Part shown: one piece after another, positions 55,841 through 64,000 of the stretch
How positions within the stretch are numbered: position 1 is the stretch's first letter
Layout of the letters: each line of letters begins with the position of its first letter
Source: Piromyces finnis finn
Lineage: Eukaryota; Fungi; Neocallimastigomycota
DNA: 64,000 nucleotides
Direction of reading: 5' to 3'
NCBI GenBank assembly: GCA_002104945.1
Contig: MCFH01000008.1
Coordinates: 744,001-808,000, forward strand
The notes under the pieces: generated by a model
Told to the model about the DNA's origin: nothing
What the model saw: the letters and a program-made list of their open reading frames with translations, nothing else
The model's database searches: none
Program-made: the position numbers and the translations under genes

Positions 55841-57424
55841 ATTTAAGATATTTATAAAATAAATATTGATTTAATTGTAACTTTTAAAAGAATATCATTT
55901 CAATTTTCAATATAATTTTTTTTATTAAAAAATAATAATTAAAACATAATTTTATTTTCCTTTTAAAATAAAAAACATATAAAAGTTTCATAATAATTAA
56001 TATATGAAACTTTAAACTTCATTAAAAAGCACGTTTTGTCTTAGTCTTTTTATTTTGAATATGAGACTTTTTTTTTTTAATAATTTAAATTATTTAATTT
56101 TTTTTATATTAAAATTTAATATAATTAAAAAAAAAAATCTAAAACTTTAAAAAATAGTAAAATGTTAATAATTATTAATGAATGTATTATTTAGGATTTG
56201 GTTTTATTTTTAAGTGTATTTCAGTATTTCATTTGATTCATAATTTTTCCTTTTCATTTTTTATTTTATTTATTTATTATTATTATTATAATTATTATTT
56301 ATTCAACTTTTAATATAGATATAATTAAGTTCTATATTTTAGTCTGAAATTTAGTTTTTATAATTATTATAAATTATAAATATATTTATTAAAATGATCT
56401 GCTACAGTTTTAACAGTTATTTTATATTAAAAAAATATAATACTAAAACATTGAAATATTTATTTGTTTCATGTTAAAATACTTTATGAAATTAAATGTT
56501 GAAAGATCTTGATTAGAAATTTAATAAAAATAAAAACTATATAAAATACATATATTAAATAAAGTAAATTTAATAGAGTTCTTTTTTTTTTTTTTTTTTA
56601 ATTAAAGTGAATTATAAAAAATTAATATAAATTATTATTTTTTTTTTTTTATGAATTATGTGATAATTGTAAGGCTTTCATATCTATATACTATATGTAT
56701 AAAGTTAATTTAATCAATTGAAATAGGAAAAAAATAAATAATATACTTTTCGGTTATATTTCATGTGTTTTCCGATAAATATCATGACAAAATAATTAAA
56801 GTAATAATGATTCACATAAAATTGGAAACTAACTTATTATATAATACATTAATGGCAATACAATAATGTATATGCAATATGCAATGTAATAGATAATAAA
56901 AAATTATTTAATAATCATCAACCATTTATATTAGTTGAAATATTATTTTATAATAAAATGAAAAAAAAAAAATTTTTTTTTTCAATATTAACTTTTTATT
57001 TCAATCGACTGTTTATTTTAAAGATTTGTAAATAATAAGGTAAAAGACAAACTTTTAAACTCCTTTGTAAAAATATAAAATAATTATTAAATATAAAATA
57101 AAGAAGGTAATTCAATATAATTAAATTATAGTAAAAATTTAATTATATTCCGAATAAATAAATAAATAAATAAAATAGTAATTATGTAGATTTGATATTT
57201 ACATATTTTTAAATAGGAATAAAAATCTTTTTTTATAATACAATATAATAAAATAAACAATAAATATTATTAAAATGATTATAAATAGAATATAATTAAC
57301 CTTAATTATATATTTTTTATTTTATATATAATAATTTATAATAATAAAAATAAATAAATAATAAAAAAAAAAAAAAAAAGGAATATATACATTATATTAT
57401 ACCATACTAAAAAAATAAATAAAA

Positions 57425-58159
57425 ATGAATTATAGTGACGATACTCAAGCTATATCTAAAATTCTTTCAGTTTCGATTGATCATGTAGTGGCAAATCCAA
57501 ATTTCGCAAAACCTTCATTAGAAGCATTTAGAAACTTTTTACTTTCATTACAACAAAGTTTTATTCCAAAATTAGCAAAAATCGAACATAAAATTTGTTC
57601 CAATGTTACTTTTTCTCAATTATGCGAAAAAATTAACTGTCCTAAAAAATATGGATTTTTAAGTTTATTAGCTATTTCTCTTTTTTCAGTTTCATCTTAT
57701 ACTCGCTATTTATGGTCAAAAAGACCTCGTCTTCTTTCCGATGTCCTTGCACTTGCAGGTCCAGGAGCTTCCTGTCTTAAATTAATATACTCAGAAAGTT
57801 TATCTAATGCTTCTTTAACAGATGATGAAGAATATTCATCAAGTAATTATTTAAACAATTATAATAATAACAATAATAAAGAGGTTATCTCCACTAAAGA
57901 TAAATACAAATATTGGGTAGTATATTGGTTATTCTATGGTGTTTTCCATATTACTGATAATATGGTAAGTGCAAACACTCAAAAAGCTTTAAAGAAATAT
58001 GGAAATAAATCTAGTAATCCATATTGGTATTATTGGCTCTTAAAAATTATATCTATTTATTGGGCTGGTTATAATAATGGTAACATTACTTTATATCAAA
58101 AGGCTGTTATTCCATGTTTAAGAAAATATTATGAATTATCAACAAAAAAACAAAATTGA
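57425..58159 (+). CDS. Divergent Yop1/REEP (TB2/DP1/HVA22) ER-shaping-like membrane protein; intronless
   Basis: KYWVVYWLFYGVFH, YWYYWLLKIISIYW and LYQKAVIPCL match the HVA22-domain pattern. The N-terminal LCEKINCPKKYGFL...LLSDVLALAGPGASCLKLI resembles the Yop1 hairpin 1. Confidence 0.65.
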   Translation: MNYSDDTQAISKILSVSIDHVVANPNFAKPSLEAFRNFLLSLQQSFIPKLAKIEHKICSNVTFSQLCEKINCPKKYGFLSLLAISLFSVSSYTRYLWSKRPRLLSDVLALAGPGASCLKLIYSESLSNASLTDDEEYSSSNYLNNYNNNNNKEVISTKDKYKYWVVYWLFYGVFHITDNMVSANTQKALKKYGNKSSNPYWYYWLLKIISIYWAGYNNGNITLYQKAVIPCLRKYYELSTKKQN

Positions 58160-59336
58160 AAAAAATGACTTAATAAAAGCTCAATAACAACAACAACAAA
58201 AAAAAAAAAAAAATAAATGAAAAAAATTTAAAAGGAAAATTTTTTAAAATGTATAATAGTTTTCAAAAATTTGACACGTCAAGTTAAAACAATAATGAAT
58301 ATAAATAAATTATATATAGAATACAGCACTTTAAATATAAATAACTTTTTGAATACAAATGCTTTACTAATTTAGTAATTAGAAAAAAAAATCAATAAAT
58401 AATTCCATTGCATCCTAACTTGATATTTTTTTTAAAAAAAATATAACGATTTATTATTATTTGAATTTACATCAAATATTTATTTATAAGCTACAATATA
58501 TATTTCTAAAAATATAATATAGTCTATAAAGGATTTAATACAAGTCCAATATAATAATGATTTATTTAGTCATTCAAATTTAAAATAATAAATAAGACAA
58601 AAAGAAAATAAATCAACATTAGCAATAGGAAATAAGCAAAAAAAAAAAAAAAAATTCAATTAATATTATTGCATTCCAAAATAAGTAATCGTAATTAAAA
58701 ATGATGATAATGTATATTCAGTTAGTTTTCATGCAACATTAATTATTTAGAATAGTAGGTATTAAATACTATATTTTAAGTATATTCATATAATAATCAT
58801 ATTAACAATTTTCATTATTGTTAATTTATTTTTTCTTATTTTAATTAGATTTATTATTTATATAATATATATAATTTATTAGTAAATAATTTATTATTTC
58901 ATTTTCATTTTTTGAAATAAGAAAAATATATATATATATTATGTAATTTCATTATAATTAAATTTTAAGTTTTGAAATTAAAATAAAGATTAAAAAAAAA
59001 AAAAAAAACTCTTTTTTATAAGAACAAAAAATAAATATATGCTATATTTATTTGTTATTCTATTAAATAAAAAGTAATATATATATGTAAAACTAGAAAA
59101 ATAGAAATAGATATAAGACATACAAAATCAATATTATTAAATATATTTTTGTTTGATAAATAAATAGAAAAATCTAAATATAATAATTTAATTTTATTGA
59201 TATTTAAAAAAAAATAAATAAAAAAAAAATAAAAAATTAAAGTTAAACTAAAATATAATGTATATATTTCATTCTTGATTATCTTTATTTTCAAAATAGA
59301 AAAAAAAATATGTACTAATAAAATTTTTGATTGTAG

Positions 59337-59437
<101 letters not shown>

Positions 59438-59697
59438 TTCACTTTTATTTATTTCTTAGTATTTTAATTTTTAAGTTTTAATTTTTAACATTTTTAATTT
59501 AAAATTATATTACATTATATTAGTACTCTTTTAAATATCATAATATCATATAATATTTTATAATTATATTTCATCATTTTTACATAGTATTAATATAAAT
59601 ATAAAAAATTTTAATAATATATTTAATCAAATAAAATTTATATATATATCTTATATTCTTATTTTTTGAATACTATTTTTGATGCTTATTTGTATAT

Positions 59698-62600
59698 TTA
59701 TTGTATTAACGAATAGAGTGACAGTTTATTTATTTGACTTTTGTTATTAGTATTATCATTTAAAGACATAATTTCCTTATTTTGAGATTGATTAGTTGTT
59801 GATAAAGGTTGTAATGGATTAACATTTTGTAAAGATTCATAAAGTCTTGGATTTCTTTTATCCTGTATAATTGGCTTATTTAAATCATTTTCAAAATTTA
59901 TTGAAGAATTAGGAGACATTGTATCTGTATTATTATAAAGATAGGGTTTCTGATAAGTTTGGTAACTTTGATTACTATTGTTATTATAACTATTGACATT
60001 ACTATTGTTGTTCTGATTATTTATAGTGGTAAGATCAACAGTATTGTAATTTATATTATTACTGTTTGAATAATCAAATTCATTATTTTGTACCTCAAGG
60101 AGACTATTATTTTGAAGATTATTTTTGGTTGCATTTTGATTAAATAATGTGGAAGCATCTAATATTTCATCCTTATCCTTATCCAAATTTAATATAGAAC
60201 TATCTTGTTTAGTTTTAGGAAAAGATGATATATGTGGACTCGATTTTGGATTTATATCAGTTGTTTCTTGCTTATCAGTAGCCATTACTAGTTTATTATT
60301 ATTAGGGAAATTAGATAATGAATTTGATCTATTTATTTCTATTTTTTTAATATTAAATATAAAATTAAGAAATAAAAAGAAATATTAAATATTAAAAATT
60401 AATTTTTGAAATTTTACTTTAAATAATAATAATAATAATAATAATATTACCTAAATTCTTTAAATCATGATTTGGTGATATAGAATAGTCATTTGATTTA
60501 TTGGCCTTAACAGAACTAAGTTCAACATTAAAACTAGCTTTTTTTAATAATTCATTTTTATTAGAAGATGATTTATTGATTAATGGTAATTTATTTGAAG
60601 AATTATTTTGAAGTTCTGATATATATAATGGTGCATTTTTATTATTGTTATTAGTATTATTCGATACCATTATTTTTTCATTCTTTAAGGAATTTGATAA
60701 TGAATGAAAAGGTTGTGTATTGAGTTCATTAGATTTGTTAATTAATTGATTAAGTTTCATAGCATTTGCATTTGTGAGGTCTGAAAGGTGTTGACCCTTT
60801 TGCATTAATACTGCAGAAGAAGTTGGGATATTTATTGGATGATGATTGCTTTCTATATTTTCAATTTTATTTAAATCATAATCATTTTTAACATAAGAAG
60901 ATGATAATGGTGGAATATAGGAATGAAGAGTTGGTTCCTGATTTTTAAATGTCTTTTGAGTATTTAATTGTTGTTGATTTTGATTATAGTTATAATAACG
61001 AGGAGATATTTGTTGAGAAACTGTTGATTTATTTTGAGAATTACTATATAAGGATGAAAGATATGGACTCAACTTATAATTATTTATACCATTATAGTTA
61101 TGCTTAATATACAAATCAGGATTAGGATTTATAGTATAAGATGACATTGGTATTGGTGGCAAATCATTGAAAATACCAGAGTTTGGCGAATTCTAATAGT
61201 GTTAAATAATTTAATTATAATAAAAAAAAAAGTTTATACAATGTTAAATTAATATAATTATGTCGTTTTTAAATTTTTAAGAATTAAAATTAAAAAAAGA
61301 AAAAAATATTATATTTATAAAATTCAATCTTTACTATATTTGCATATTCCTGTTTCAAAAGTTTAAATTCATTTTTAAGTTGAGAATTTTTATATTCTGA
61401 AATTTCATGCTCTTTTCTAATTTTTTCAATATCTTTAATTAAATTCATGTTATCAACTTGAAGTGCATTTATTTCAACATCTTTTTGACTAATTTGTTCT
61501 AAAAGTGCTATAACTGTTCCTTCTAATGATTCTTGCTTTATTCGTGATATATCATTAATGATATTTTTTTGTAATTCTTCATTATATTGTATATTTAAAC
61601 TATTTTTAGTAGTGTTTCCATTAATAATGCTTGTAATATATTTTTCAAAATCTTCTGTTAATGTTTGAATCTTTTTATCTTTATTCATAAGCTTTTGCTC
61701 ATATATTTTTGTCTTGTTATAAAGATTATTATACTTTCTAGTCCAATTTTCAATTTCATTTTCAAATGTTAATATTTTAGATTGAGTTTTTGTTTGAATG
61801 TTTACTTGTTCATCCTTGACTTGATTAATATAAGAACGTAGGTTACGATTAATTTCAATTTCATCTTGATAAACTTGATACAATTCATTATTTCTTATTT
61901 TTAACATGTACATTGCAGTTTGATCAGAAGATATTTTCATTGAATTAATAACCTCATCTTTTGTTGCAATATTTTTAATGGCATTTCTTAATAATTCTAT
62001 TTCTTTTTCTATATCTTTCATATCATCTAAAGCATAATGACATCTAGTGATAAGTTCTTCCTGTTCATTAATTGTCTTCTTTAGTCTATTGATTTTATTA
62101 TCTTTTAGTTTAATAGTATTATATATTTTATTATAAACTACTTTATCGGCAGATTCCAACTTAAAAGATAAAGAAGAGATGTTGGATTCATCATCTTCAT
62201 TCTTTTCATTTTCATTTTCTTGATTCTTTAAAATATTTTTTAAATCATTTACTTGCTGATAAATAACTTCATTTTGCATTGTGAATTTATGAATATTCAT
62301 ATTCATAGCTGTGAAGTCCTCTTTAATATTTGATGGTATGTATGTTGATTTACTATTAATTTCTATTTGTATTTAGTATAACGTAAGTATATGAAATAAT
62401 TATATATATAGTATACAAAAAATAGTTAAATATTTACAAAAGTTTAAAAGATTATTGGTTTTACACATAAATTTATATTTAAATATTTATACAATAATTG
62501 ATATTAATATTTATTTTTTATATTACCTTCAAATTTTTCTAATGTTTTTTTAAAGAAAGGTTCTAATACTTCTATATATTTATCCATTTGTTCAATGTAT

Positions 62601-64000
62601 TGAATAATAATTTGTTGGATTTTATCATTTTCAGCTTGTTCAGCTTGGAAAGAATGGTCATCATATGCAATCCATTGTTTTATTTTTTCAATATCATTTT
62701 TAAGGCGTTGTTGATCCATTATAATCTTATTTTGGGATTTTTGAAGATTATTACTTTTTTCGATAATCTTTTCTGAAGCCAGTGGCTCACACTCAAGTTT
62801 AATATTATTTTCTGAAATAATAGAATTACTTTTATTTATTTTACACATTTCCTGCCAGTCAATAATTACTTGATTTGACTCTTGGAAAATTTCAGAAACT
62901 TCATTATATAAATTCATTAATAATTTTTGAACCATTTTTGAGGATTTTCTAGTTGGTTGTAATTCTTCGATGGAAGAACTTGAAGTTTTAATATCAGATA
63001 ATGATGGATTTTGACCTTGCTCATTATTTATATTATCATTTTGTTTTATATTATCATTTTTTGGATTTTCATTACTTTTATTGGTGGTATAAATAATATT
63101 CTTATTATCGCTAGTACAGTTAGTGTTATTTAATAATTCATTTTCTTTTTGTTTCTGAAGCATTTCATAATACAAACTTTCTATTGATTTTAATTCCTTA
63201 ATTCTATTACCTAGATCTTCGGTTGATTTTACTTGCAAATCTTCCATGATTTTTCTAATATTAACTAAATTGCTTTCTTTTTCCTTTAAATTTTTATAAA
63301 GTTCATTATAATTTTTTTGAAAATAATCTATTCTCTTTTTAATAGTATCAAATATTTCATAAGATTGTTTTATATTTGAAGATGTCATAACATCAGTAAG
63401 TGGAATAAAAGAATTTAAAAATGGTGATAAAATATTACTATCATCATCTAAATTAGGTGATTCTGGCAGTGGTCTATAAGGATATGAATTATTTGCTAAA
63501 GATACGCTAACATTTGTATTTGAAAATTTTAATAAAAATTCATCTAATTTATGTAAATTATCGAGATATATTGAGCATGTTTTTTTCAATTCATCGTTTT
63601 CTTTTACCATGTCCATATAATTTTTTTGCAATAAAAATATTCCATAACTATTATTTCCACTATTATCCTCATTTGCTGGATTGTTTTCATTAGTTTTTAA
63701 TTCATTTAAATAGTTATCCCTATCTTTTTGAACAGCTTCTTTAATACATTTATTAATGGATGCTTTAGTATTTTCTAATTCTTCTTGAAGCATCCATTTT
63801 TCTTTCGAAAGAGTATCAATGTTTTGACGCTGAACATTAAGTTGTTGATTTTTTGTTGTCAACTCTTCTTTAATATCATCAATTGCTTTTTTCATTGAAG
63901 TACTTTGTTCTGATAATTTGGACTTTTCTTTTTCCATTTCCTGGAGATTTAATATTAATTCTTTGTATTTTTCCATTATTTCAGCTTTTTGTTCAGTTAA
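59698..64000 (-). CDS. Large coiled-coil / low-complexity protein, 5' end outside the window; at least 4 exons here
   Basis: The frame is open to position 64000. Introns 62363-62526, 61193-61334 and 60339-60450 join four ORFs in frame. E/K/Q/L heptad-rich segments are followed by an N/S-rich tail. Confidence 0.75.

Overview
Very AT-rich eukaryotic DNA with short GT-AG introns. The Cys/Trp-rich non-catalytic dockerin repeats point to an anaerobic gut fungus (Neocallimastigomycota). I support about 16 protein-coding genes: two intronless dockerin-bearing GH10 xylanase-like paralogs flanking a 10-exon ERO1; an AlkD-like DNA-alkylation-repair gene; an F-box gene; four paralogous 11-exon receptors (signal peptide, Pmp-like beta-helix, EGF-like, class C-like 7TM), three of them in tandem and interrupted by an intronless ADP-ribosylglycohydrolase; a fused trehalose-6-phosphate synthase/phosphatase; an RSF1-like DDT/PHD chromatin protein; a poly-Asn protein; a Cys-rich membrane protein; a Yop1/REEP-like protein; and a 5'-truncated coiled-coil gene. 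There is also a ~250-bp poly(A)-tailed retroposed element with a 15-bp target-site duplication. The most interesting signals are: (1) both GH10s keep the two catalytic Glu but share a remodelled substrate-binding site; (2) the receptor array, with a conserved cytoplasmic C-x2-H-x4-C-x-C motif; (3) a membrane-anchored, His-tailed, KKXX-bearing Ero1 in an obligate anaerobe. Exon boundaries were read by eye and no database searches were run.
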